Virus record (IMG/VR): IMGVR_UViG_3300037312_000757
Source of the DNA: a virus
Taxonomy: Duplodnaviria > Heunggongvirae > Uroviricota > Caudoviricetes
Direction: 5' to 3' (one strand)
DNA length: 64,000 nt
Shown here: positions 27,057-37,054 of the stretch, in pieces
Position numbering within the stretch: position 1 is the first letter of the stretch
How the letters are laid out: each line of letters begins with the position of its first letter
Notes under the pieces: model-generated
Seen by the model: the letters and a program-made list of their open reading frames with translations, nothing else
Database searches by the model: none
What the model was told of the DNA's origin: nothing
Position numbers and translations under genes: made by a program

Positions 27057-27455
27057 ATGAACAAAGCCGTCTCTGAGTTTCTCTCAAACGCAGCACCTGC
27101 AAACCCTTCTTCTGTAATAGTTACAGACAAAGTTCCTCGCATATATAAAGGAGGGCACATCATTACTGATGTCGAACTTGCCGATGAACTCGGCATCATT
27201 CAACAGCAGATTGAAGCGCTTGAAGCAGTGGCAGATAACATCAAGGAGCGAATGGCAAAGTGCGGGCCCGGTCTATACTTTGGCGATGAACACAAAGCTC
27301 GGGTATATTGGGATACTGTCACCAAACTAGACGTCGACCGTATCAGACGGGAGATGGGTGATGCGTGGATGTCAGACCGAATGGTTTCTGGTCCTTGCAT
27401 CATGTGTGAATCATCAGAGATTTCACTACAAGATATCGAGCGATACCGATTGTGA
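27057..27455 (+). CDS. hypothetical protein
   Basis: GAGGA SD; one of few plus-strand genes. Confidence 0.65.
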   Translation: MNKAVSEFLSNAAPANPSSVIVTDKVPRIYKGGHIITDVELADELGIIQQQIEALEAVADNIKERMAKCGPGLYFGDEHKARVYWDTVTKLDVDRIRREMGDAWMSDRMVSGPCIMCESSEISLQDIERYRL

Positions 27456-27796
27456 AGAAGATGTATGCATTGTACTCGCAGGACTGCTTCTTCGGCGGTT
27501 CTGCACAATGCAAAGTATTAGTTACTGACAACAGCGGGCAAATCACTAAGATTTACGACTTAGAGCCGTCGTTAACTGGTGCGCCTTTTGTTTGGGGATT
27601 GTTCACGCCTGGCTGTGTCCATCTTGCTCAGCGAATCCTCCTCGACTGCTTCGAAGAGATCTCCGTGGCCACACGCTTTGAGACGATTTTCAGTGATGAA
27701 GTCTTAGCAAACATCCCTATGGAATGCTCGCTAAGACTTATATCGAGCGAGGATATCAAACAGTACGTTACTTCTTTGCAGTTGCGTGGTATGTAG
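27452..27796 (+). CDS. hypothetical protein
   Basis: GTGA overlap; F.WG...G...LA..IL.D. Confidence 0.55.
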   Translation: MKKMYALYSQDCFFGGSAQCKVLVTDNSGQITKIYDLEPSLTGAPFVWGLFTPGCVHLAQRILLDCFEEISVATRFETIFSDEVLANIPMECSLRLISSEDIKQYVTSLQLRGM

Positions 27797-28451
27797 CAAC
27801 GCGTTGGTTCCACTCGTCAAGATACTTGTAGAATTCATCACCTTCCACTACAAACTCTTCAAACTTCAGATCACGACTGACCATGAAAATAACGATGGTC
27901 GAAATATCTGTGCCGAACAGATGATTATGCGCCTTAGCATAGGCCGCACCCTGACAGAAGTAATCTGAAATCATTTCCTTCGTCTTCATCTTGTTGGTTG
28001 TCTTGTAGTCCATGATGCAAGGCTTGTCACACCATGTACCGAGCAAGTCAGCAGTACCTGCGTACTCACCAGGATAGTACAGTGGAATCTCAAAGCCCCA
28101 TGCTTCATCGACATGGATGAGACCACGTTGAATGATAGTATCGGCCATGTTTCGAGCCATTTGACGCACTAGGTTAGAACCACGTGGACGATCAATCTGC
28201 TGAATGTGACATTCCAAATGTTCATGCATCAGGGTACCCAGACCTGTTGCCTCATCTCTGATTTGGTTTGCCTTGGCTTCCCCTACAAACTGTCTCCAAG
28301 CGTCTAGTCCACTCTTGTCAGCAGTCGCGCTGAGGATGGTTGTTACGCTTGCCAGAGGGCCATCTGGCGTTAGATAGACGCGTTCTCCTGATGGAATAGT
28401 CTCGCGATCCATCGTGAAATATGGGTACTTCGTATTATTTAGAGTTGTCAT
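27768..28451 (-). CDS. PD-(D/E)XK exonuclease
   Basis: SVTTIL, GT.MH, AGTAD, IMDYKT, Q..AYA. Confidence 0.85.
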   Translation of the reverse strand: MTTLNNTKYPYFTMDRETIPSGERVYLTPDGPLASVTTILSATADKSGLDAWRQFVGEAKANQIRDEATGLGTLMHEHLECHIQQIDRPRGSNLVRQMARNMADTIIQRGLIHVDEAWGFEIPLYYPGEYAGTADLLGTWCDKPCIMDYKTTNKMKTKEMISDYFCQGAAYAKAHNHLFGTDISTIVIFMVSRDLKFEEFVVEGDEFYKYLDEWNQRVATYHATAKK

Positions 28452-28601
28452 GGAATGAATTATATAAAGCTGGTCAAAAATAGCCAATAAAAAAGGTGGT
28501 ATTAAAATTTTCCGTAGAAAACCTTAATACCACCAATATTTAACTTCGCAAATTTAAGATGCCAGGACAGCCGGAGTCACTAGGAGCGGCTGACGGTTAT
28601 A

Positions 28602-28967
28602 TCACTCATCACCGATATTCTTCTTGGCTTGATTCGCTGCTGTAGTTTTGATCTTTTCTTCTTGCTTTTGCTTCTTCTCTGCGGGAACTGCCTGCTCAGA
28701 ACCGTTGTCACCGTTGCTGAGCTTGATACGGTCACCCTCAATACTTGCCACCAATTTGACTTGATCGGGATCTAAAATTTGCATCAACATTGAACGATCA
28801 ATGTCAACACCTGTGCCAGAATTTTTCAAATCGTCAAGAATTTGTTGAACGGTTACAAACTGTACACCGTTAGCTGCCAATGGAGTTAAGATGTCAACTA
28901 CAGCACCACGGACTTGGTCCATGATGCTGTCAGAGTCAAGTGATTCTATGATTTCGTGATAACGCAT
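28602..28967 (-). CDS. hypothetical head-associated protein
   Basis: MRYHEIIES start typical of protease-processed head proteins. Confidence 0.65.
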   Translation of the reverse strand: MRYHEIIESLDSDSIMDQVRGAVVDILTPLAANGVQFVTVQQILDDLKNSGTGVDIDRSMLMQILDPDQVKLVASIEGDRIKLSNGDNGSEQAVPAEKKQKQEEKIKTTAANQAKKNIGDE

Positions 28968-29897
28968 TTAGATTTTTGCAAGCTTGACACACTGTGATTC
29001 AGTAATCTTACCTGATGCGAAAGCGTTTGCAGCATTGACGCGATCTGCTGTGACGTATGCTTCAGCAGCGCCAATATTCTTACCTTCCTTCATTGCAAGC
29101 TTGTGTGTCAGGACAGTCTTTGCCCATTGCTTTGTATTTTCACCCAAGAGCTTGTCAAGCTTCATCGCTTCGATGAAGTCGCGCATAGCAATGCCAACGT
29201 CTTCAACGTCTACACCATAAGCTTCAGCAACTTGCTTTGCTGCAACTGCTGCTGACAGCTTTGATTCACGAACAAGCTTCATTGTTGCCTTAGCCAGGAC
29301 TTCGTCTGGGTTTTCACTTTCGATAAGTTCGAGAGCTTGTTCGCTCAGAACAAAACCTGAGAATTCAGCTGATTCCTTCTTTGTACGGCCTTCTGGACCC
29401 TGATCAGCGTTTTCTTCTTCACCGCCGAGCAGTGAGTCGATTTCGCCAGCGAGGTCGTCAGCGCCTTGATCACCACCTTCAGCTGGAACTTCACCTACAC
29501 CAGCATCAGCCGTTGGAGCCACTGGAGCTTCTGGTGCCATTTCTGCATCAGTACCAGTGTTTGTGGCCATGTCGTTTGACCCTGTGCCAGTGACGATGCC
29601 TTGCATGTTCTGGATGGCTTGACCGATTTGGTCTTTTGACGTCTTGACTGCTTCAAGTGCTTGGCGCAGTGAGTCTGTAGCGGCATTGTTCAACTGTTCA
29701 GCAAACTGTGGACCAAACTGTGAACGGATACCGTCCAACAGTGGCAGCACGTCATCAGCTTCGATCTTAGCGATATCTTCAGCCATGTTTTGCAGCTTGT
29801 CGAGGATTGCCTTGGCTGCGAGCACCAGCTCCGCACGATCCATTTCGTCTTCCATCAGACTAACCAGGCTTTCGCTCAGTGTGATTTTCTTTGTCAT
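28968..29897 (-). CDS. putative prohead core/internal protein
   Basis: LSES/LME sites, helical then acidic. Confidence 0.6.
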   Translation of the reverse strand: MTKKITLSESLVSLMEDEMDRAELVLAAKAILDKLQNMAEDIAKIEADDVLPLLDGIRSQFGPQFAEQLNNAATDSLRQALEAVKTSKDQIGQAIQNMQGIVTGTGSNDMATNTGTDAEMAPEAPVAPTADAGVGEVPAEGGDQGADDLAGEIDSLLGGEEENADQGPEGRTKKESAEFSGFVLSEQALELIESENPDEVLAKATMKLVRESKLSAAVAAKQVAEAYGVDVEDVGIAMRDFIEAMKLDKLLGENTKQWAKTVLTHKLAMKEGKNIGAAEAYVTADRVNAANAFASGKITESQCVKLAKI

Positions 29898-30193
29898 GTT
29901 GTTCTCCGGGATTTCTTTTTGCGGCTAGGCGCTATTTCTCTGAGGTAAACGCGAATAGCTTCAGTAATCAATACGATTTTGCCCATTTCAGGACTTGTTG
30001 ACGTATGGGTGTTTTCCTTCAAGTACATCTTCTTGCGTTCCATGTAATGTTCATACACGAAGCGAAGATGGTCCTCAGGAGCATCCCAGTCAATCTTGAG
30101 CCCATACAGCTGGTCGAGCAACTGGTTAAATTGCTCGAGCTTCTCATGGGTCCGCGGTTTAAAATCCGAAACGTTCATACTGATACCATGCAA
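29894..30193 (-). CDS. hypothetical protein
   Basis: TAAATA promoter upstream. Confidence 0.6.
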   Translation of the reverse strand: MHGISMNVSDFKPRTHEKLEQFNQLLDQLYGLKIDWDAPEDHLRFVYEHYMERKKMYLKENTHTSTSPEMGKIVLITEAIRVYLREIAPSRKKKSRRTT

Positions 30194-30237
30194 TAACTTA
30201 TTACTTTATTTATCTGTATGACGTTTTGCGTCGTTCA

Positions 30238-30897
30238 TTACAGAGACTTGCAGATGGCGATCAGCTTGGAACGCAGAGCAATCGCTTGCTGACGGCATTC
30301 TTCGTAGCGATCTTCTGCAACGTTGGCACGAAACTCATCGCCTTCCTTCAACATGCGGTTAATCTTGCGCTTGAAGTTGGCTGCGTCGGTGCGTTGACGT
30401 GTGAAATTTTCTTCGAGATCGAGAATCTCACGTACCTTTGGTGTATTGATACCAGAATTGCGATTGAGCAACTTTGTCAGTGCCAATGCGCTTTCATACA
30501 AGCTCAAGTCGTGAGCAATAGGTTCATCAGTATGAACGTTAACCACGTCATACGTCTTTGTACCAGGAACGTCTTCGTGAACACGAATCTCCCAGGAACC
30601 AACCTGTACACCGGCTTGAGTACGCTTTGTTTCAAGCGCTTCTTTGAGACGTGGACTTTGCTGTACCTTTTCTGCTACTCGCTCCGTTGCTTGATTGGCA
30701 CTTTCGTAGAAACGGCTCAGAATTTCCTTCATGTCGGCCGCACCAGGATGTGAAGAAATCGCTGGTGGCGCTACTGATGGACGATGCTGTGGTGCGGATT
30801 CTTGGATATATTCTGGTTCTGATTCAAGACCACTACCGTTCATAATATCCATCAGACGCTGCATGTCATCAACATCTTTTCTATTCACTGGACCCAT
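30238..30897 (-). CDS. conserved hypothetical virion protein
   Basis: DL.LYESA..L.KLLN. Confidence 0.65.
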   Translation of the reverse strand: MGPVNRKDVDDMQRLMDIMNGSGLESEPEYIQESAPQHRPSVAPPAISSHPGAADMKEILSRFYESANQATERVAEKVQQSPRLKEALETKRTQAGVQVGSWEIRVHEDVPGTKTYDVVNVHTDEPIAHDLSLYESALALTKLLNRNSGINTPKVREILDLEENFTRQRTDAANFKRKINRMLKEGDEFRANVAEDRYEECRQQAIALRSKLIAICKSL

Positions 30898-31127
30898 TAT
30901 ATTCTCCAAATGTCTGGCAAACCGTTAGGTTCGTAGTATATTTTGCCATCTTTTTGAAGTCTATTTAATAGACCACGCGACACCATCTTCGTTGCTAGTT
31001 CAAGCTGGTACTCGTCAAGTTCTTCAGCCGTAATAAGATTCTCACTTTCTTTTAGAAGAGTGAGAATCTCTTGCTCATCAGAACTGACTGGCATACGAAA
31101 ACCACCAGCAATTTCAAAATAGCGCAT
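30897..31127 (-). CDS. small winged-helix-like protein
   Basis: LA.KMVSRGLL.R. Confidence 0.6.
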   Translation of the reverse strand: MRYFEIAGGFRMPVSSDEQEILTLLKESENLITAEELDEYQLELATKMVSRGLLNRLQKDGKIYYEPNGLPDIWRI

Positions 31128-32422
31128 TAGTCGCCCAGATAGCTCTTACCAATTTGCTGCAATTGCACTTGCAGATCTTCAAGACGTTGAATCAATGTCT
31201 TGTATTCGCTGATCTTCACGTCTGGCAGGTTTGTCTGAATACTTGTCAGTGCATCATCAATCAGTGTGTATGCTGGTGAGCATGAAACTTCTGCTCCAAC
31301 CATATCACCGCCCATTGCTGAATCAACACCAGCGTCAAATTCAGCACCAAGATCATCACCACCCATACCGTCATCAATATGATCGGCTGTCAGTGGATCT
31401 GGATCCATACCAAGATCATCACCACCCATATCCATATCCATTGCATCATTAGCTGCATCTTGAGCTGGCAATGCTGGCACTTCTTCAGCATCAACTGGAA
31501 TTGCTGGATCAACAGCAACTTGTTCAACATCACCCATCGGCATACCAGCCAGTTCCATCATACGGCGGAGGCCTGGCAGGGCTGTCATGCCCATAACGCC
31601 TTCATTTACTTGTGTCTTTTTCATTTCTGTCACACCAAAATCTACACCGGAAAGGAAACCTTCGGCTGTAAGTGATTCTTGGATCTGTGTCCAAGTCGAT
31701 GAATCAGTATTCAACGCCTTACCATCAAATGTTACTGAATCACCAAAACTTTCGAGAACAACCGTGAACGCGTCGCCACCATTTGTCCAAAAAGAAACAG
31801 GGTCGAAACCCTCGTCGAAGGAACGACCCTTATGCTTGCTTGCGGCTTTCGCAACTGTTGTCTTCTTGTTAGGAGTAGACTTCGAACGGAAAATACCTGA
31901 CATCTCACCATGAGCCAAAGCTGACTTGGCAGTATCCAGTGGCTTTGATGCTGGAATCACGATCTTGCTATCCTTGGAAAACTTCTTGAACTTCTTATCC
32001 ATGGATTTTTCTCTCAATTGTTTAGTGGCAACAGAGTCGGATAGACTTTGTGCCAACTTGATTTCCTCTGTGTTTTGGCAGTGGATGCGTACGATACTAC
32101 CAAGACCGAAGGAATAGCTAATATTATTTTCTTCGAGAAGCCCCAAAAGCTCTTCTCGTGCTTCAAACTTAGGAAACTTGCAAGTCAGAGTTACGCTCTC
32201 CGTCTTGACCTGTTCTGGTTGCTGAGCAGGTGCATTATCCAACGCACCATCCTTCTGCAACATTGGAGCCAAAAGATCCTTGATCTTACCATGATCACCG
32301 TCATGAACCAAGTTCATCAAAGTGTAAATGTCATCAAATGACATTTCACCAATCAGATCCTGAATGTCACCAGGAACCTTTCCAGTGATACGGCTGAGTT
32401 CATCAATGAAATTCTTGTCCAT
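31127..32422 (-). CDS. putative head-associated protein
   Basis: 431 aa acidic, 'RMMELAG' motif shared with 54811.. and 59390.. Confidence 0.65.
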   Translation of the reverse strand: MDKNFIDELSRITGKVPGDIQDLIGEMSFDDIYTLMNLVHDGDHGKIKDLLAPMLQKDGALDNAPAQQPEQVKTESVTLTCKFPKFEAREELLGLLEENNISYSFGLGSIVRIHCQNTEEIKLAQSLSDSVATKQLREKSMDKKFKKFSKDSKIVIPASKPLDTAKSALAHGEMSGIFRSKSTPNKKTTVAKAASKHKGRSFDEGFDPVSFWTNGGDAFTVVLESFGDSVTFDGKALNTDSSTWTQIQESLTAEGFLSGVDFGVTEMKKTQVNEGVMGMTALPGLRRMMELAGMPMGDVEQVAVDPAIPVDAEEVPALPAQDAANDAMDMDMGGDDLGMDPDPLTADHIDDGMGGDDLGAEFDAGVDSAMGGDMVGAEVSCSPAYTLIDDALTSIQTNLPDVKISEYKTLIQRLEDLQVQLQQIGKSYLGD

Positions 32423-32460
32423 AGCAGTCCTAAGTAAACGTCTTTAATTATTTAGCAGGC

Positions 32461-32491
32461 AAAAGAAAAGGCTCGTAAAAACGAGCCTTTT
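32461..32491 (-). terminator. intrinsic terminator
   Basis: AAAAGGCTCGT/ACGAGCCTTTT hairpin with T-run. Confidence 0.7.
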
Positions 32492-32529
32492 CAAACTTAC
32501 CAACTTACCGAATCACTTCGGTCATCAAA

Positions 32530-32946
32530 TTACAGTGTGTTCAGTGTAACAACTGTGTTTGATGAAGTGAATGGTGACACAACGTTAGCCGCTGGGTTCA
32601 ATGTTGTACCTGTCAGAGCACCTGATGCGTTTTCTGATTCGAAAACTTCAGCAACTGTAATTGCTTCAATAGCTGTCAGCAATGTTGCTGCTGTCCATGC
32701 ACCTGTGTGCTCAACTGCAAACTTCAGAACTGTTGTGTTGCCTGTCAGGCCTGATGATGCTGAAGCTGCTGCTGGAGCTTGCAGTGCTGAAATAACTGGC
32801 TGACCATTCAGAGCGATTGTTTCGATCAGAACGTTCAGAGCTGATGCGTTTGTTGTCAGGTCAACTGTTGTCTCAACTGTGAAGAAGTCGAGCTTTGAGC
32901 CCAATGACATACCAGCTGCTGCGTTCTTATTTGGTGATGTAATCAT
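32530..32946 (-). CDS. putative virion protein (highly expressed)
   Basis: Own TATAAATA promoter, AAGGA SD and terminator; Ala/Thr-rich. Confidence 0.7.
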   Translation of the reverse strand: MITSPNKNAAAGMSLGSKLDFFTVETTVDLTTNASALNVLIETIALNGQPVISALQAPAAASASSGLTGNTTVLKFAVEHTGAWTAATLLTAIEAITVAEVFESENASGALTGTTLNPAANVVSPFTSSNTVVTLNTL

Positions 32947-32993
32947 GATTTGGTTTCCTTAAAAGAAAGGGTTTCTAATTCTATTTATAACGG

Positions 32994-33197
32994 TTAGTCA
33001 TTTCGCTTAATAACTACCGGCTTATTACCCTTTTTCTTCTTGGTCTTCTGAGGAGCAACCTGAGCATAAATGCTACGAGCTGCGGTCTCCTTGGGATCAG
33101 AAGAGAAAAATGGTTGTACCGATGTGGCAACACCGGCCGATGAACTAGCGCCACATGACGCATTCTCATTGAGACAAGCAAAGTCTGTATATCGCAT
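32994..33197 (-). CDS. small head-associated protein
   Basis: LNE-NASCGASSSAGVA pattern; AAGGAG SD. Confidence 0.6.
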   Translation of the reverse strand: MRYTDFACLNENASCGASSSAGVATSVQPFFSSDPKETAARSIYAQVAPQKTKKKKGNKPVVIKRND

Positions 33198-33247
33198 AGT
33201 CTCCTCCTTTGTTACCACTATTTACAACCAATTATACGGAAACCTGG

Positions 33248-34252
33248 TTACAGTGCCAAATTAGGAATCTCCTTACCAATCTCAACCAACCGCTCACAAA
33301 ACAACTTCCAAATCAAATCCTTCTCCTCATACAACTCAGGATTCCCCAAAATACACGCTCTGACACTCTCATACGTCTCCAACGCCTCAGGACAAATACC
33401 CTCACCAAACAACTGTCTGGCAATGAATACTGGGTCGGTAGACGTCTTGGTGATCAACTCATCCTCAGAATATGCATCGATCTCATCCGGGTAACGAGCC
33501 ATAAAGAATCTCGGAAAGAAATCACCCACAAATTCATCAACATTCTGAGCAGTAACAGGGATCATCTTCTTGACATATCCCTTACCATCCTTCCGCTTAG
33601 GAGCAAATCGCCCACCATGAACCAAACCCTTATCATGATTCAAGGTGTACCCCAATCTCCCAACCATCTCCCCAGGATTATACTCATGATCCGATTCCAA
33701 TACCATGGTCCAATCAGATAACGCCTTCGCCACAGCCTTGATCAACTCAGTTCTATGGCTACCCGAATAACGACTGGTACCAGGAAAAGGGCTCCAATGA
33801 GTAAACTCCAATAACTCAACCTCACCCAACATATAATCAACTTGGTGCCATCCACTACCAGGAACTAATACTCGAGTATAAACCTGATTGATAGATGGAT
33901 TGATCTTCACATTATCACTACCATATCTCTCCATAAGGAAAGATACTAGAGAGTCATACGTCCAGTCAGAAGACGATACCGCTATGTCTACATCACCACT
34001 CAGGTCCTTCTTACCAGTAGACCCCAATGTCCTCAAACCATTCTTCACGAATAATTCATGGAGGTTGTAGAACATGTCGCCGTTATCACTGGCTCTATCA
34101 GATGTTTGTGTCAAACCCAGGTAGAACTCTTCAAATTTGGCGGGGTCATATTCCTGGTCCCGGAGCTCGAACAGAGTCAGAACCCAGGCACAGATACGGA
34201 TGCTGGTATGGCGTGGAACATCAACAACGTTGTCAAATGCTTTTCCGCCCAT
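33248..34252 (-). CDS. Pol-beta-type nucleotidyltransferase
   Basis: MGG.AF start, LGSTGKK..SGDVDIAV, QVDYM. Confidence 0.75.
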   Translation of the reverse strand: MGGKAFDNVVDVPRHTSIRICAWVLTLFELRDQEYDPAKFEEFYLGLTQTSDRASDNGDMFYNLHELFVKNGLRTLGSTGKKDLSGDVDIAVSSSDWTYDSLVSFLMERYGSDNVKINPSINQVYTRVLVPGSGWHQVDYMLGEVELLEFTHWSPFPGTSRYSGSHRTELIKAVAKALSDWTMVLESDHEYNPGEMVGRLGYTLNHDKGLVHGGRFAPKRKDGKGYVKKMIPVTAQNVDEFVGDFFPRFFMARYPDEIDAYSEDELITKTSTDPVFIARQLFGEGICPEALETYESVRACILGNPELYEEKDLIWKLFCERLVEIGKEIPNLAL

Positions 34253-34709
34253 GGTGGGCTCCTTTATTTTCTTTTGGCTTGGGTACGTATGGCTTCATCT
34301 CGGGTCTCTGCTCAGGCCCAAGATGATACAACACATTCGTTGCATCAGGATGATCCACACCCAAACGAGCAGCCACAGCTATTGCTTCGCTTGAGAAGCC
34401 AATAGTGATGCCATATGTTTTACGTCGATCTACTCCAATCACAAAGTCATTTGGTGAGATCAACTCTTTGTATTTGTTGTAGATCTTCCTGATCTCTGCT
34501 CTGAGACCACTGCCATTGTGCCATCTGAGCTTGTCACGCTCAGGCTTGTAATACAGCACGGTAACATGAGGCCAAGTGTAGGCGATTTCCGCTCCCATGT
34601 CGGGGCCATACGTTTTTGAACGCCAATCATTTCCTACAAGTTCTTTATAACGTTTGTCTCGCCATTCACGTAGAGGCTTAGTATCCGCCGCCGGTGACTG
34701 TGTGTCCAT
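34233..34709 (-). CDS. 'WP...IGF' paralog
   Basis: WPHV...IGFSSEAIAVAARL. Confidence 0.65.
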   Translation of the reverse strand: MDTQSPAADTKPLREWRDKRYKELVGNDWRSKTYGPDMGAEIAYTWPHVTVLYYKPERDKLRWHNGSGLRAEIRKIYNKYKELISPNDFVIGVDRRKTYGITIGFSSEAIAVAARLGVDHPDATNVLYHLGPEQRPEMKPYVPKPKENKGAHHGRKSI

Positions 34710-35064
34710 CTGCCAATTCCAAATTAAAACGCATTGCTATTGCATCCGACATATCAGTGAAACCAAATACGATTACTCGTTCATGAAAATCGAACGAACA
34801 CGCCAAGATATAGTTTCCTGGGCCACCCATGTATGCTTCGACCTGTTGGCAATAGCTATTGATCATGGCATACATCGTATCACGTCTATTAATACGTTTT
34901 GTGACATTCACGATGATGTGTGGCCAGAACCGTGGAATCAGAACCGTATAGGGAATACGCTCATCAGGATCAACCACACTTAGTTCGAGCAAACGATACC
35001 AATCTCTGATCGTGTTATACCCCTTGACCACTTCACCAGCCATATGTGACCTTGTAGAAATCAT
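34678..35064 (-). CDS. 'WP...IGF' paralog
   Basis: WPHI...FGFTDMSDAIAMRF. Confidence 0.65.
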   Translation of the reverse strand: MISTRSHMAGEVVKGYNTIRDWYRLLELSVVDPDERIPYTVLIPRFWPHIIVNVTKRINRRDTMYAMINSYCQQVEAYMGGPGNYILACSFDFHERVIVFGFTDMSDAIAMRFNLELADGHTVTGGGY

Positions 35065-35386
35065 CTTTTATTTGAATTTGAAGCTTTGCGGCGACCGCAG
35101 TAGCGATGTTCTGGAAGCCTATGACCAATTCCTTTCGATAGGCTACCACCACAAAGTCTTGTACATCTATGATTTGCGCCAGCACGCGATGAACACCCCG
35201 GGCCCAGGTTGCGTTTTCGGCCATCGTATAACTTTCAAAGTTCTCCGGGGCGGTAACGCTGATGTATGGCCATTTTGCCTTCACGTCATCACAGAAATTG
35301 TGCAAGTGAGGACGATCAAACGAGTCTCTCAGGGCTTCAGCCCAGATACGGATGCATTCTTGTTCGTTATTTGTAAGAGTCTGCAA
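35033..35386 (-). CDS. 'WP...IGF' paralog
   Basis: WPYI...IGFQNIATAVAAKL. Confidence 0.65.
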   Translation of the reverse strand: MQTLTNNEQECIRIWAEALRDSFDRPHLHNFCDDVKAKWPYISVTAPENFESYTMAENATWARGVHRVLAQIIDVQDFVVVAYRKELVIGFQNIATAVAAKLQIQIKDDFYKVTYGW

Positions 35387-35687
35387 TTACATCACCAATC
35401 GTTAGTTTGAATGCCACCGCATCCGCATCAGTCGAGAATCCAATTAGAAGCACATCGTCGGGTATCACCCACCTGGTATACCAATCCCAACCGCCACAAA
35501 TGTTCTGAAGATGGCTGAAAATAGCTTGCTGTTGTTCATCATCAATGAGGTAGTCGCCAATGTCGTCTGCTTTAATGTAGACGTGGGGCCACTTTTCTAT
35601 TTCTTCTGTTGTTGGAACAGTTTCTTGATCGAAAGCCCAGCGGAGAATTGGGGGTTTATTTGAGTTCGAAATCGCTGTCATTTTCAA
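35367..35687 (-). CDS. 'WP...IGF' paralog
   Basis: WPHV...IGFSTDADAVAFKL. Confidence 0.7.
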   Translation of the reverse strand: MKMTAISNSNKPPILRWAFDQETVPTTEEIEKWPHVYIKADDIGDYLIDDEQQQAIFSHLQNICGGWDWYTRWVIPDDVLLIGFSTDADAVAFKLTIGDVIADSYK

Positions 35688-35991
35688 TGTAATTTTCAGC
35701 CGCAGCTTTTTCTTGTTCGTTGTTGAAAAAGAAGATCATGAGGTCAGCTCTGACCATTAGTACCAGCGGGTAATATGACGATATGCCAGCTTCCTTCTTG
35801 ATCTGCTTGTTCAGCTTGAAGATGCGTCGCTGAAGCACGCCAGGGCTCATTGGGCCCTTCTTATCGCGCACATAGCGATATGGCCAGCGTTTTTGTGCTT
35901 CGTAGATCGCATCGTCTATCGATCTGAGCTTTAATTGATCGTTGATCCAATCACTTACTTTCATCTGGCATACCGTTCTTTGCGATGTCAT
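35656..35991 (-). CDS. 'WP...IGF' paralog (divergent)
   Basis: WPYR...FFFNNEQEKAAA. Confidence 0.55.
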   Translation of the reverse strand: MTSQRTVCQMKVSDWINDQLKLRSIDDAIYEAQKRWPYRYVRDKKGPMSPGVLQRRIFKLNKQIKKEAGISSYYPLVLMVRADLMIFFFNNEQEKAAAENYIENDSDFELK

Positions 35992-36958
35992 TCAACTGGG
36001 CGCGAAGGCTTGCCAGAGATTCAAGATTACGCAAATGTGTGTTGGGTTGATAGTTGTGCCGATCCCAGTCATGGTAGAGCTTGAATTCCACATCAAGTTC
36101 TTTGAGTGAGTTCCAAGCCGCCACTTTCGGGTCACCATTCGCTGCTGCCGCATAGAAGCGATCCATGAGCGAATTCTTGATTCCTTTGGGTGAACGGAAG
36201 AGGCCGTTTCTGAACGCGTAGTTTTTCTTGTTCTGCTCGGTAAACCAATTACGGTCTACAACCTTGAACATCCATCCATCTTTGTGTTTGAAGATCATGC
36301 CTTCCATCCGCATGAAATGCCCAGGCGAGAAGTTGCTGCAATTTGTCTGCACCATGTGCAAGATTTCATGCTCGAGATCATCAACCGTCGTGATATATCC
36401 CATGTTCATCTCACCCTTCAGATGTGGGATCATACCATCAAGAAAATCGAGATTTGTGATATCGTATTCATATCGTTTTCTTGTTCGTTTGATGGTATAT
36501 CCATCGTCGGTATACGGTACGTCATCAAGTTCGATGCTCGTGCTGAAATGATATGCAGCAAGTGCAACTGGCGTATGTATGATGAGTCGGTTAATTGGGC
36601 CGTAATCGATCGTATTTGGCGTATCAGAGAACAGCATCTCCATCTCAAGCATCACACCTGGTGGATAGAATGCATCAGGGTAATTCCAGTGTGGATAGTT
36701 GATCCGTGGAAGTGCTTCAATGAATGCAGCATGGGATGCTCGGAACCCACGTGTCCAGAAGTCAGTTCCCCATTCATCTGGGCACGTATAGATGGGAGCG
36801 TTCTTGCCGCCCTTGCGCACAGCCCAAGGGAATGCTTCGTCGTTCTTGATCTTCAGATAACTACCGTCAAGCTTCTCTTGGACCTGGAAGTCTTCGATGT
36901 GATCGAGTGCGATCTTTTTGCGACGATCGGAGAGTGCAGAAAAGTGTGGGATGCCCAT
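35951..36958 (-). CDS. RNA-ligase-like covalent nucleotidyltransferase
   Basis: Motif I QEKLDGS, motif IV EGMIF, motif V FKVV. Confidence 0.7.
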   Translation of the reverse strand: MGIPHFSALSDRRKKIALDHIEDFQVQEKLDGSYLKIKNDEAFPWAVRKGGKNAPIYTCPDEWGTDFWTRGFRASHAAFIEALPRINYPHWNYPDAFYPPGVMLEMEMLFSDTPNTIDYGPINRLIIHTPVALAAYHFSTSIELDDVPYTDDGYTIKRTRKRYEYDITNLDFLDGMIPHLKGEMNMGYITTVDDLEHEILHMVQTNCSNFSPGHFMRMEGMIFKHKDGWMFKVVDRNWFTEQNKKNYAFRNGLFRSPKGIKNSLMDRFYAAAANGDPKVAAWNSLKELDVEFKLYHDWDRHNYQPNTHLRNLESLASLRAQLNDIAKNGMPDESK

Positions 36959-37054
36959 ATAGATGCCAATTGTTTTTGCGCACTCTATATGATATTTGGC
37001 AACCTCGCAAGCCGCGAGGCCGTGAAAATGGCGAGGAATTATCTCGCCATTTGA

